A stretch of 56,849 nt of DNA, from positions 1 through 56,849 of the forward strand of contig CAYLUJ010000001.1 of NCBI GenBank assembly GCA_964386805.1, written 5' to 3'. The notes beneath the pieces were generated by a model, which saw nothing but the letters and a program-made list of their open reading frames with translations, was not told the DNA's origin and did not search any database. Source of the stretch: an uncultured Pelolinea sp. GTDB taxonomy: Bacteria > Chloroflexota > Anaerolineae > Anaerolineales > Anaerolineaceae. The position numbers and the translations under genes were made by a program. Shown one piece after another: positions 27,975-38,500 of the stretch (positions are counted from its first letter, which is position 1; each line of letters starts with the position of its first letter).

Positions 27975-29237
27975 TTATGCTCGAGTATGATAATTTCCCT
28001 GCACAATCCATTTATAGGTGGTTAATTCTTGTAATCCCATCGGTCCACGAGCATGCACCCGTTGGGTCGAGATGGCAACCTCAGCTCCTAATCCTAGTTC
28101 TGCTCCATCCGTAAAGCGGGTGCTGGCATTGACATATACAACTGCCGAATCCACCTCCCGCAAAAAACGACTTGCATGGTCTTCATTTTCTGTAAGAATC
28201 CCGTCTGAATGGGCAGTACTGTGCTGTTTAATAAAAGAAATTGCTGTTGAAAGATCGGGAACCGCACAAGCATTTAAATTCAAAGAAAGCCATTCACGAT
28301 CATAATCGCCTTCTTTCATCACTTTGAGCGTTTCACCGGAAGTCAGAGAACAGTTTTCTAATAATTCTGCGGGAAGATGCATGATCACTTTTTCTTGCTG
28401 CATTCTTTTTAATAATGCGGGTAAAAATGTAGAAATAATTTTTTCATGGATCAATACCGTATCGAGCGCATTGCACACAGTTGGACGTTGTACTTTCGCA
28501 TTGACAATCACTTCCAATGCTTTTTTCTGATCGGCAGATTCATCCACGAATAAATGGCATATCCCGATCCCACCGGTGATGACCGGAATGCGGCTGTTTT
28601 CACGGCAGTAGGTGTGCAGGGCTGCTCCTCCACGCGGAATGAGCATGTCTACATACGCATGCATAGTCATCAGTTCATCAACGAATCTGCGATCAGGATC
28701 ATCTAGAAATTGCACGGACTCCTTCGGAATACCCACACTCTGCAAAGCTGTATGGATACAGTCAACCAGAATTGCATTGGTTTGCAGAGTTTCTTTTCCT
28801 CCTCGTAGGATGACCGCATTCCCTGATTTAATTGCCAGGGCTGCTACATCAATGGTTACATTCGGGCGAGATTCATAGATTACCGCCAGTAACCCCAGAG
28901 GGACACGCTGCTTATGGACATGCAGCCCATTGGGTAATTCGTGTTCATCAAAGGTTTGATCGAGTGGATCCGGCAAACTGGCTACGGACCGCGCTCCTTC
29001 TGCTATGTTTTCAATTTGTTTGGAAGTTAATGTCAATCTCTCAAGTATGGCAACCGATAGACCCTGCAAAATTCCCTCCTGAACGTCAATTTGATTCTTG
29101 CGCAGAATTTCATTTTTTCGGTTATCTAATATTTCAGCCAACATCAGAAGCGCAGTTATCCTTTGCTGTGCAGTCATAAAAGGTAAATTTTGAGAAGCTT
29201 CCTTCGCCTGCTTACAAAGATCAAGTACCGTTTTCAT
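27975..29237 (-). CDS. proA: Gamma-glutamyl phosphate reductase
   Basis: 420-aa aldehyde-dehydrogenase-fold protein with a typical ProA sequence (VIYESRPNVT...ILRGGKE...VCNA). ATGA overlap with proB. Confidence 0.95.
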   Translation of the reverse strand: MKTVLDLCKQAKEASQNLPFMTAQQRITALLMLAEILDNRKNEILRKNQIDVQEGILQGLSVAILERLTLTSKQIENIAEGARSVASLPDPLDQTFDEHELPNGLHVHKQRVPLGLLAVIYESRPNVTIDVAALAIKSGNAVILRGGKETLQTNAILVDCIHTALQSVGIPKESVQFLDDPDRRFVDELMTMHAYVDMLIPRGGAALHTYCRENSRIPVITGGIGICHLFVDESADQKKALEVIVNAKVQRPTVCNALDTVLIHEKIISTFLPALLKRMQQEKVIMHLPAELLENCSLTSGETLKVMKEGDYDREWLSLNLNACAVPDLSTAISFIKQHSTAHSDGILTENEDHASRFLREVDSAVVYVNASTRFTDGAELGLGAEVAISTQRVHARGPMGLQELTTYKWIVQGNYHTRA

Positions 29238-30349
29238 GTTCCCCTGCCCTGCAATAGAACCAAGTCATCGTGATGGATCACCTCGTCCGCATAAACATAT
29301 CCCAGACGCTGTTCAATCTGATCGGTATGCAACCCTTTGATCTGATCAATTTCATTGGAGGCATATGCGCAACGTCCGAGCGCACACGGTTTCCCATCTA
29401 CACTAAAAACAAAGATGGCATCTCCGCGTTGAAATTCCCCGCGTACATCGGTTACTCCAACCGGCAGCAAACTGCCTCCTTTCAGTAACGCTTTCTGCGC
29501 TCCAATGTCGATCTCAATTCCGCACCCTTTCATAGCACTTGCCAGAAGAAAGCGTTTGCGACTCTCCAATGCATCGACTGATGGATAGATCCAGGTACCA
29601 GGTTTCTCTCCCTTCACTATCTGAAGTAATACATTTTCCCCACCCTTTGCAATGGCAACGGTGGTTCCACTATGGCGGGCAATTTCAGCCGCCTCAACTT
29701 TGGTAAGCATGCCGCCCGTGCCAAGCCCTGAGGTAGATCCACCGACTGCATCCCATACTGTTTGGGGAATTTCCATTGAATGAATTTCTCGGATAAGCTG
29801 CGCTTTTCCTCCAGTCGGATCTCCATCATAAATTCCATCAATGTCGGTAAGTAAAACCAATAAATCCGCTTCAAGCATGGTTGCCACCAAAGCGGAAAGA
29901 TTATCATTATCCCCAATGCCAATTTCATCAGTAGCCACTGTGTCGTTTTCATTAATAATGGGTAAAATCTGGTGTCCTAATAATGATTCCAGCGTTCCAC
30001 GTGCATTAATATAGCTTTTACGATTGGTAATATTCGTGCGGGTCAACAATATCTGCCCTACCCTGACCCCATACATGGAAAAGACCTGTTCATAGATCGC
30101 CATCAAGCGCGGCTGCCCAACCGCTGCGAGCATCTGCTTTGTCGGGATATGTTTCACCAGACTGGGATAAGCCAGTACTTCTTTCCCTGCAATAATTGCT
30201 CCCGATGAAACAAGAACAACCTGACATTTTTCATCCTGGATCGCACGGATCTGTCTGGCAATTTCCACAATACGTGGATATTGAATGGCGCGCGTACCTT
30301 GTGTAAGTGTGGATGTGCCAATTTTCACCACCATACGTCGATACTGCAT
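29234..30349 (-). CDS. proB: Glutamate 5-kinase with C-terminal PUA domain
   Basis: VVKIGTSTLT...VSSGA...NDTVA...GDNDNLSA...GTGGM, plus a PUA-like C-terminus. Confidence 0.95.
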   Translation of the reverse strand: MQYRRMVVKIGTSTLTQGTRAIQYPRIVEIARQIRAIQDEKCQVVLVSSGAIIAGKEVLAYPSLVKHIPTKQMLAAVGQPRLMAIYEQVFSMYGVRVGQILLTRTNITNRKSYINARGTLESLLGHQILPIINENDTVATDEIGIGDNDNLSALVATMLEADLLVLLTDIDGIYDGDPTGGKAQLIREIHSMEIPQTVWDAVGGSTSGLGTGGMLTKVEAAEIARHSGTTVAIAKGGENVLLQIVKGEKPGTWIYPSVDALESRKRFLLASAMKGCGIEIDIGAQKALLKGGSLLPVGVTDVRGEFQRGDAIFVFSVDGKPCALGRCAYASNEIDQIKGLHTDQIEQRLGYVYADEVIHHDDLVLLQGRGT

Positions 30350-30574
30350 ATCGTCCTCCCGATAATTCCCCCAAGTATATCAAATGCAGCCCCGATCTGG
30401 AATCATTGATCGCGAAACTATCTGTTTTCCTGTATACTTATTTCTTTGTTGTTCGGCAACAGAATGATCCTTTAAAATTATTTATTACGAAAGTAAAAAA
30501 GCCATCCAATTTTTTGGATGGCTTTTAAGGCGGCATTGGTCGAATTTTGTTTTATTTTAGGTTGCCTCTTTTAG

Positions 30575-30697
30575 TAAAAAGAAACCGGTTTTTTATGACC
30601 GGTTTCGCTATTCGCTCCCTGAGATTGTTGCAAAGGGATAAGTTACTACCCTCCCAAAGCGACCAAGTTCAAACCGCAGTTCAACGCTTCCAATACT
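30575..30697 (-). ncRNA. Unclassified structured-RNA candidate, copy 1 (paralog of 40137-40267), ending in an intrinsic terminator
   Basis: Minus strand: AGTATTGG...TTGGTCGCTTTGGGAGGGTA-loop-TATCCCTTTG...AGGGAGCGAATAGCGAAACCGGTCA, then terminator AAACCGGT-(8 nt)-ACCGGTTT + CTTTTT (30576-30605). Shares long identical blocks with copy 2. Confidence 0.5.
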
Positions 30698-30815
30698 CTT
30701 CTTTGACTTTAATAATCTTTTATCATTATTTTCAGAATTGGTTGTTTATCAAAAATAACAACAGGGATGGTATTTCTGCGTATCCCTGTTCGGTTCGTTA
30801 TTTCAAAAAAATTCT

Positions 30816-31691
30816 TTATTTTTTCTCTTCCCCCTTATCAGTATTCATTTGCGTGTAAGAGACCATTTCTTTTTCAGAGTTCACGGCAAATTCGAGGGCA
30901 GCTTGAGCGCGGGAAACGATCTTCTCAACCGATACTGCATCGATGGGGAAACTGGCTATACCTGCATATACCGAAGCATTTACTTGCTGAGCAGCGCCCT
31001 GGACAACCCGCCCTGCTGCAATCTTTGCTTCTTCATCGGATGTATCGGGCAATATCATACCTAAGGTTTCTTGATCAAAACGCGATACAACATCTAATGT
31101 TCGCAGAATTTTTTTACAAACCTTGGCAGTGGCTTCCATTAATTCTTCAGCACGTTCCGGATGACCCTCACTGACAAGGTTTTTATAGTTGAACACGCGC
31201 ATCATCATTACACTAACTGGCTTTTTTGTTCTTCTGCTGCGGATAAATTCTTCACCCAGTTTCTGCTGGAATAATTTCCATTTTAACAAACCATACGCGT
31301 CATGCAGGGTAAGTTCCTCAATGAGAACATTATTGGAGACATATTGATTAATAAAATGTGCGATTTGGGCATGCACACTTTTTGAAAGAATGGTGGAGAT
31401 TAGCAGAGCAGCAGCAAATACACCTATCCGGATCAATAACTGCATCATTTGTTCTTGAAAAGTATATTGGACGTATCCATACGCTAGAATGCTAACAACC
31501 AATGCAATCCAATCCATCCAACGATTGAACCTAAAGATTGTCAGAACAACGACAAAAGCCAGCAAGGAAAGACCCAGAAAAACAGTCGTTTCATCCACAA
31601 ACACGATCATTCCTGCGCTAATGATCAGCCCCACCGTTAATAGCACGACATACAGCAATAATCTGTTTTGAGAAATATTTTTATTAATCAT
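30816..31691 (-). CDS. PelD-like membrane protein: 4 TM segments plus a degenerate GGDEF domain retaining an RxxD I-site
   Basis: GGDEF-fold landmarks are present (DAYGLL..., ...SEGHPERAEE..., VYAGIASFP, ...RAQAALEFA). The active site reads DQETL (31062-31076) instead of GG[DE]EF, and the metal-binding Asp is lost (MMMRVF). RTLD (31092-31103) lies exactly 5 residues upstream, as in canonical I-sites. Confidence 0.7.
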   Translation of the reverse strand: MINKNISQNRLLLYVVLLTVGLIISAGMIVFVDETTVFLGLSLLAFVVVLTIFRFNRWMDWIALVVSILAYGYVQYTFQEQMMQLLIRIGVFAAALLISTILSKSVHAQIAHFINQYVSNNVLIEELTLHDAYGLLKWKLFQQKLGEEFIRSRRTKKPVSVMMMRVFNYKNLVSEGHPERAEELMEATAKVCKKILRTLDVVSRFDQETLGMILPDTSDEEAKIAAGRVVQGAAQQVNASVYAGIASFPIDAVSVEKIVSRAQAALEFAVNSEKEMVSYTQMNTDKGEEKK

Positions 31692-33870
31692 GCTTCCTCG
31701 CTTTCCGCTTTTTCACTATTTCGTCAATTACTTTTCCAACAATCACTCCAACTGTAACCACAGCAAAAACGATGCCAATCCATAGAGCAAGATTGTTTTC
31801 TTCTTTTTGAGGTTGCACCGGCAGTTCTTCTGCCGCAGGTACCAATTCTTCCATGTTTTGAATCAACGCAGATGAAATAGAGCCTTCTGCACGGGTAAGA
31901 GCAAGATCGCCATATAAGTTTTTAATATTAGTGGAATCCATTAATGCATCAATCGCCCACGCTATCCCTTTATCTGTAGTGCCAGTGGCAATCAATACAG
32001 GATATCCTTCATTGATCAATGCCTCTAGGTAACCAATATCTGCATTAATTGTATTTGTCTGAACAATATCAGTCTGGGTAACAGGATTATTGGTACCCTC
32101 TTCAAAAGGTTGCGGAAGATGGTCGTTCAGTTTAACAATCTCGCTGTTTTGCGTTGGTATTCCGATCAACATGAAATGGGTTGGTTTCTCAGAAAGCGCA
32201 GCCAATTCAGCGGGTGTATAAACCTGCAGGTCAATCCCATCGCTGTTGAGATAATGCCCTAGAAATTCACTGAGTTTGATCACTAATTCATTGACGGTCT
32301 GATTGGATTCATCGGGAAGAATCACACCGAAATCAGAGAGATCAGAACTACCAATGAATGCATACGGGAATTCGTTGATTGAGAGTACTTCAGTGGAAGG
32401 TCCTAAGGGCACCGTCAGTTCCGTATCCGCATAAACCACAATCCAGGCAGCCGTTGTATTGTCATCCAGACAGTCAAACCGATCATCCTGGTAAGCATCC
32501 GGCAGGTTGATGTTACTGACGACCGTAATCCTGTTATCTCCAAAATCAAATAGCCGTGCTGGGAGTACGAGGTCTGCCCAGGCATCATTGGCATTTTCGC
32601 TGGTCAAGGATACCGTTCCAGCAGGTGTACCATTTACTTGGATAGTCAGATAAGATTCTTCCAAATTTGCAAAATCTGTATGAGCAAAATGCAATCGCAT
32701 GGTCACATCACCGATGACTTTCCAAGAAGTTGCGAACGGCAAAGCATAGCTGATGGATTGTTCAGAGGTTCCCCAGGCGGTGACATCCTTATATTCATAC
32801 TTTTCAAGGGTAAAAGTGGAGGTGAATGTCTCCTGGGTTGAAACAGAGTCAGGCACCTGGTTTATCAACGCCAGGTTATCGGGGAGTTGCTCCAAGATGG
32901 AATCCCGGGTGAGTGCCCTGGCTGCTTCAACAATCGCCGAATCGGTATCCCCGGTCACAACCAGAATAGATTGTTTCGCATCTGCAAAGAATTGCCCACT
33001 CCATAGAATCCCTGTATTTCCGGGGTAAGCACTGCCATTCTTTTCCTTCAGCTTACCATTTTCCCAAACCCAGGGAGCTTGTAGGTCATTGAGAATTGCC
33101 AGTTGATCCGCACGCCCGACAAGAATGATGTTTCCTTCCAAACTGCCTGGATTCGCCATGGCATCTGTTTCAGTTGCGAAGTTAAGATTAACCGTCCGCC
33201 AGCTTGCAAATTGACCAAGTTTCGCACTAACCAGTGCAGCCGCATTGATTTCAGCAGACGTTGGAATATCCGGCAGAACAAAGGTTACCCTATTCTCTAG
33301 AATTCCGGAATTACTGACAAAGGGAAGGGGAAATTTATTAAGTACCGGGGCTGCATCCTTCATTCGATACTGAAATGTGAAATATGAACTGTCATGAACG
33401 GTAAACCACAATAAATCCTCATCCAAATTCAAGCAATCGAAGCCTTCATATCCCAGATATAAAACCAAGCGCACACGGTTATACCCCTCAACCCACAATT
33501 CGCTTGGAATTTCAACTTTCAATTCCCCAAGGTCGCTATTGGCACTGGTGAGCCCCGTGCTGGCAATTCGCGTTCCATTGACTTCAACAGCTATAGATGA
33601 TTTTTCGCTGAGAGCTTTAGCGTGGCTGAACACCAGTGTCAGAGTACTGCCGGTCTGTGGTTCCCAGGCAGAAGGCCACTGAAAACCATACTCTTTGATA
33701 GTATTGATCCCTTTAAAAGAATCATCACTGGATAGAATCCCCAGATCTTGAAACGTATAGGTATTGTCCTGGTCTTGAACAATTTCAGTGGGAGCAGCCG
33801 CAAAGCTGCATAAAAATGTCAAGAGGATCAAGACACTTTTTATGAACTTTCCATTCATTTTATTTTTCAT
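31684..33870 (-). CDS. BcsB-like periplasmic/extracytoplasmic synthase partner with signal peptide and C-terminal TM anchor
   Basis: 728 aa. N-terminal signal (KSVLILLTFLCSFAAAP). Duplicated module pattern (LTLVFSHAKALSEKSSIAVEVNGTRIAS / MRLHFAHTDFANLEESYLTIQVNGTPAGTV) as in cellulose synthase subunit B. C-terminal TM plus KKRKARK tail. Confidence 0.6.
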   Translation of the reverse strand: MKNKMNGKFIKSVLILLTFLCSFAAAPTEIVQDQDNTYTFQDLGILSSDDSFKGINTIKEYGFQWPSAWEPQTGSTLTLVFSHAKALSEKSSIAVEVNGTRIASTGLTSANSDLGELKVEIPSELWVEGYNRVRLVLYLGYEGFDCLNLDEDLLWFTVHDSSYFTFQYRMKDAAPVLNKFPLPFVSNSGILENRVTFVLPDIPTSAEINAAALVSAKLGQFASWRTVNLNFATETDAMANPGSLEGNIILVGRADQLAILNDLQAPWVWENGKLKEKNGSAYPGNTGILWSGQFFADAKQSILVVTGDTDSAIVEAARALTRDSILEQLPDNLALINQVPDSVSTQETFTSTFTLEKYEYKDVTAWGTSEQSISYALPFATSWKVIGDVTMRLHFAHTDFANLEESYLTIQVNGTPAGTVSLTSENANDAWADLVLPARLFDFGDNRITVVSNINLPDAYQDDRFDCLDDNTTAAWIVVYADTELTVPLGPSTEVLSINEFPYAFIGSSDLSDFGVILPDESNQTVNELVIKLSEFLGHYLNSDGIDLQVYTPAELAALSEKPTHFMLIGIPTQNSEIVKLNDHLPQPFEEGTNNPVTQTDIVQTNTINADIGYLEALINEGYPVLIATGTTDKGIAWAIDALMDSTNIKNLYGDLALTRAEGSISSALIQNMEELVPAAEELPVQPQKEENNLALWIGIVFAVVTVGVIVGKVIDEIVKKRKARKHD

Positions 33871-33880
33871 GCTTCACTCC

Positions 33881-35590
33881 TTAGTTCCCGGCTTTAGCAT
33901 TATCGTTAATTGTAAATAATCTCCATGGTAATGGAGAGGGAAACTCATATTTAAATGTTGTCCATGTTTCAAAACCTTCATAAATACCTGGGTAATATTT
34001 CAATACCTGTGATCTCCCGCGCGCATCAAATGAAGGATACGGAACCAAAATCTGATCAGCTTTTCCGATAGGGTTTCTCAAGATGTCAAAAAAGTCCATA
34101 TCGGTGGTCATTACGAGATTTTTGGGGTGGTCAACCATAAGTGCCAACGACATGGATATGGAATGATCAACGATTGTAATCGTATCATCCAGTTGTGCGT
34201 TGAGATAATCAGCAATCATCTGCATCTCCTCCAGTGAATCATTCTCATACGATACCGATTGTTGTTCACCGGCGATAATCCAGGCTAGCAGTATTTTTTG
34301 TGGCATGGGAGCTTCGATAAGATCCCACTTTTTACTTACCTGACTGACGATTGGGAATATCAATAACTCTACCAGTAATAAATTTACTACCAAACGGGCC
34401 CATTTCTTTTCCAATGAGGAATATACCGCTCCCATGACAATAATTCCTCCCGGGATCAGCCAAATAAAATAGCGGCTGAAAGCCGGCAGATAACCCCGAT
34501 AACCGATCAGGAAAGTGAATAAAATAATAGACCAACCCAGCATGACAAAATCGAAATCAATCCAGCGTTTTTTTATAAAAATTAGCAACAGTAAAACAAT
34601 GGTTGCAACAGCTAAAAGAGGTCCAACAAAAGTGATTTCTGAAAACAGCAGTCTAAAAGAACCACTGATGGAATTCATAGCATAGTACCAGAGATGATCA
34701 GGTCCAAAGGTTTGAGCAGTATCAGGGGTATTGGATGTCGCTCCGGGGCCGGTCAGAAAGTAAACAGGGTTGCCCATGATCGTCCAGTTGAGGAAAACCC
34801 AAAACAGGAAACCATAAGCTGGGGGCACAAGGTAAGATAAAAGATCAGCCTCCAATTTTTCCGGCGATGTTTTTCCTTTTCCGAAAAGCCAGCTCCAGCA
34901 AATACAGGCTGCCATGACCGCCGTCCAAGCAAGCGCTTCATAACGGCAGTATACTGCCAACCAGGCGCCGATGCCTGCCATCATGATTCCAGAATTTTTT
35001 CGCTCCTGATGCCAGGTTAGATACCCATTAAAAGAGAACAGTAGAAATCCGATGAAGGGAGTCTCCGACATGCCCAGAGCTGCATTATGCAGAATAAGTG
35101 GTTGCAGACCAAATAAAACCATCCAGACAATGCGCCATCCGCTTTCTACTTTAAAGCGTTTCAAAACATTGTTTAGCTGCACCATCGTGAACCCGGCATA
35201 GATAGCACTCATCAACGTGCCACTCAATATTTCCAAACGAAATGGCCGCAAGAGGATATTAAAAGGAATATCAGATACTGCTGGAAGCGGAGGCCAAATA
35301 AATCCGATCGCCGAAAGGTGTGGATCGCGTCCAAAGACAGCAGAAAAAGCTTGAGAAACCCGCGACAATCCTTCATAATCCGAGATATCGTAGATCAGAG
35401 TTCCATAAATCCCAATGATTGCGTAAAAAAAGAAAGCAATAAGAAAGATATGTGTTGAAGGATGCTTCATTAAATGAATAAAGCTTTCTCGAATATGCAG
35501 TTTCCTTTTCGTCTCAGGGGCATATTCGGGTGGTTTTGATGCAATGGACGGTGCAGGATTAACGCTATTGAACATGGCTGCCATCCACAT
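33881..35590 (-). CDS. Polytopic GT-C-fold-like (ArnT/PMT-like) membrane protein with C-terminal soluble domain
   Basis: About 12 TM segments, an acidic first loop (YDISDYEG) and a ~170-aa C-terminal non-membrane domain. The start is ambiguous (Met codons at 35590, 35584, 35575) and overlaps the synthase stop at 35565. Confidence 0.45.
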   Translation of the reverse strand: MWMAAMFNSVNPAPSIASKPPEYAPETKRKLHIRESFIHLMKHPSTHIFLIAFFFYAIIGIYGTLIYDISDYEGLSRVSQAFSAVFGRDPHLSAIGFIWPPLPAVSDIPFNILLRPFRLEILSGTLMSAIYAGFTMVQLNNVLKRFKVESGWRIVWMVLFGLQPLILHNAALGMSETPFIGFLLFSFNGYLTWHQERKNSGIMMAGIGAWLAVYCRYEALAWTAVMAACICWSWLFGKGKTSPEKLEADLLSYLVPPAYGFLFWVFLNWTIMGNPVYFLTGPGATSNTPDTAQTFGPDHLWYYAMNSISGSFRLLFSEITFVGPLLAVATIVLLLLIFIKKRWIDFDFVMLGWSIILFTFLIGYRGYLPAFSRYFIWLIPGGIIVMGAVYSSLEKKWARLVVNLLLVELLIFPIVSQVSKKWDLIEAPMPQKILLAWIIAGEQQSVSYENDSLEEMQMIADYLNAQLDDTITIVDHSISMSLALMVDHPKNLVMTTDMDFFDILRNPIGKADQILVPYPSFDARGRSQVLKYYPGIYEGFETWTTFKYEFPSPLPWRLFTINDNAKAGN

Positions 35591-38500
35591 GTGATTCTGA
35601 TTCCTTTTCAAGTTCCATACCAAAACCCTGGCTAAAACCATGAATGGTCTTTTCCCAATAATGTGGTTTTGTTATCAACTGTAAAAAACCTTTCCAGGCA
35701 CCAATACTCATTAAACCCCAATAAATTGGACTTAGCAGCGCAAAACGCACGTTATCGTAATGCCTGCGGCGCATGGCTCCGGCTATGTTCATATAAGTAA
35801 ACACAAAATTTCCAAGATAAAGGCTAAGCGAACTCAAATAAAAAATAAAACCGGGGAATGTCTCTTGTATAAATGCCCATTTCGTCAAATACCAAACCGT
35901 TGTAATCGTCCATAATATCGGATTGACCAAGGCAGCAAAGAATGTGCCACCTGTAACGAATTGAAAACTGATGAATCCCTTGAATCCCACTTCTTTCAGT
36001 AATTCCGCGGGGTTGCGCATGTGCACCAGCCAAGTTTGGATATATCCTTTTATCCAACGAGAACGCTGCCGCAACCAGTTATTGAGCCGGCTGTTGGCTT
36101 CTTCATACGTTGTCGAATCGATGGTGCGCGTATGGAAACCGCGTTTATAGAGTCGCATGCCCAGGTCAGCATCTTCGGTAACATTGTGAGGATCCCAGGC
36201 ACCCACCTCAACCAATGCGCGGCGTTTGAAATGATTGGAAGTACCACCCAGGGGAATGGGGGCATCAGAAGCATCCAACCCGGGCAGAAACAGGTCAAAC
36301 CACATCGAGTATTCTGAGGTAAACCATTGTGTTAGCAGGTTTTGGCGGCGGTTGTAATAGTTCAATTTTGCCTGGATGCATACCACATTAGGACTCGATT
36401 TCCGAAATGCAACAACTGCTTTTTTAAGCTGATCAGGGTCCGGGCGGTCTTCTGCATCGAAAATAACAACATACTCACCACGCGCGTGGATAAGACCATA
36501 GTTGCATGCCTTGGGTTTTGTTTTCGGTAATGAACCAGGCACAATTGTTGCGCGAAAATGAGGGGGAAGCTTTAAATCATAAAAACTCTGAATTGTTTCT
36601 TTATCTTCTGCTTCCAGTAAAATTTTTATATCTAATTTCGTACTCGGATAATCCAGGTGAGTCAATGACTTCATAAGTTCCGGTAGAACGCCTGCTTCGT
36701 TAAATACAGGAATTAACAGGGTGTATACAGGTAAATCTCTTGGATCAAGAGCATCCATTTCGGCTTGTGATACAGGGACTTCACAATCGTGGTTCATGGC
36801 ATTATAAACAAGATAGAATTTGTAAGCAGAAAAACCAATATAAAAAATCGTGATCAATTCATTGGCAATGATCGCAAAAGATGTAAAGTTCAAGACCATT
36901 AGTACTAAGGAAAGAACCAACAAAGCTGAGAAGAAAATGGTCTGCCCTGTACTCAACACATGGAACGCAGATTCTCTGGGGGAGCGAGTCAATAAATTGG
37001 ATGTGCTAATAGTGGTGTAATCACCATGATAAATTTGTTCCAAAGCTTTTTCAAGATTGGCTTCTGAAGTGACCACCGGGTGAATTTTTTTGCCGGTTAT
37101 TTCATGCGCTTTCTCAATGCCCTTTTCATCAAAGGGATCCACGATTGCCAACGTCAGATCAGTTTTCGTCACTTTAATGGGAAGAATTCCAAACTCGCGT
37201 TCTATTTCAGAATCGATTAACCGGGCAGTATCCTCCTGTATTGATGTCTTTTCCAGATCAATAAAACGTAATTTAGCCTGTTGGGCTAAAACTTCATACA
37301 TCTGATCTTCTTGAATATATTGTTTGATTAACAATGCCTGCCCCAGACGTACCCCTGTTTTCTTCGACAATTCCAATGCTTCATTTAACTGACGGCGTGT
37401 AATATAACTGTTTTCCAATAAATATGTACCAATGTTTTTCCGACCCAAAGTTCTCGCAATTGCATCTTCCAGGTCCGCTCGCATGACAAGCACTGGTTGA
37501 ATAGGAAGGGGAAAGTGTTCCTTTAAAAAATCAAGGTTTTGAGTATGTAATGGGTCAGCAAAGGCCATAATAATTTGTTGATTTTCTCTTCGAACAGGCA
37601 ACATACAATATCGATTGGCAGCCGCAAGATCGATCATCCCTGCCACGCCCAGATTCACCGGATCACGATAGATTGTCTTGGTAATCTTATTTCCAAGTCC
37701 ATCAAATTGCTCTGCCTGTTCTTCGATCAGGTTAATATTGTAAACAGGGACAGAAAAAACAGACGCCAGAATTTGATTTGCTTGACGTGCATCATAATAA
37801 CCCGCCTGGGTGAAAGCCCTATCAAAGGGAAGAGCGCCCGCATCCATCAGCTGGATCATCTGATAAGCTTGTGATTGGGTCAGATAATCAGAGTGAATTA
37901 ATTTTTGGATATATCCATGTGCTTCATCAGACACTTCATGACGTTCCGTTCCCCAACTTTGTTCAATAATCGCCCGGAGAACCTTTTTCGGAGTAATGAC
38001 CGGCACAACCTGCATCCTGAGCTTCTTCTTTAATTCATGGAATCCTTTTCCATTAAAGGGGTCAGAAGTAGCAATCCAGACATGATCATCTTTTAAGATT
38101 AATGGCAGTAGTTGATATTTTTCAGCCAGTTCTTTTGGAAATTCATTGAGAAGTTCTTGCTGAAGATTGGCATGTTCCAGGGAAACAAATGGAAGACTCG
38201 TTTGAATACTTCGAGAAATAGCCAAATCAATGTCGTCCAAATAACCCCGTTCTAGCAGTAATTCACTCAACCGCTGATCCTCAATGTCATCAGTACCTAC
38301 CACTTCTTGAAGCTGCTCAACAGAGATAAGGCCTAAGGTAAGCAGGGTTTCTTTCAAAGAAACGAACCGGGAGGCTGCTATTTTAGGATTCTCAAATGGA
38401 TAGAACATGTCCATCCAAATTTGCAGTTTCTGGCGGTCAATTAAATAAGGTTTTACTCTTTTATGAGTTAAAGCTTGAACCAATTTGACTTTTTCTTGTG

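Noticed and set aside
30816-31691. The 291-aa protein as an active diguanylate cyclase.
   Set aside because: The GG[DE]EF signature is DQETL and the metal-binding Asp region is lost, so only a receptor role is plausible.
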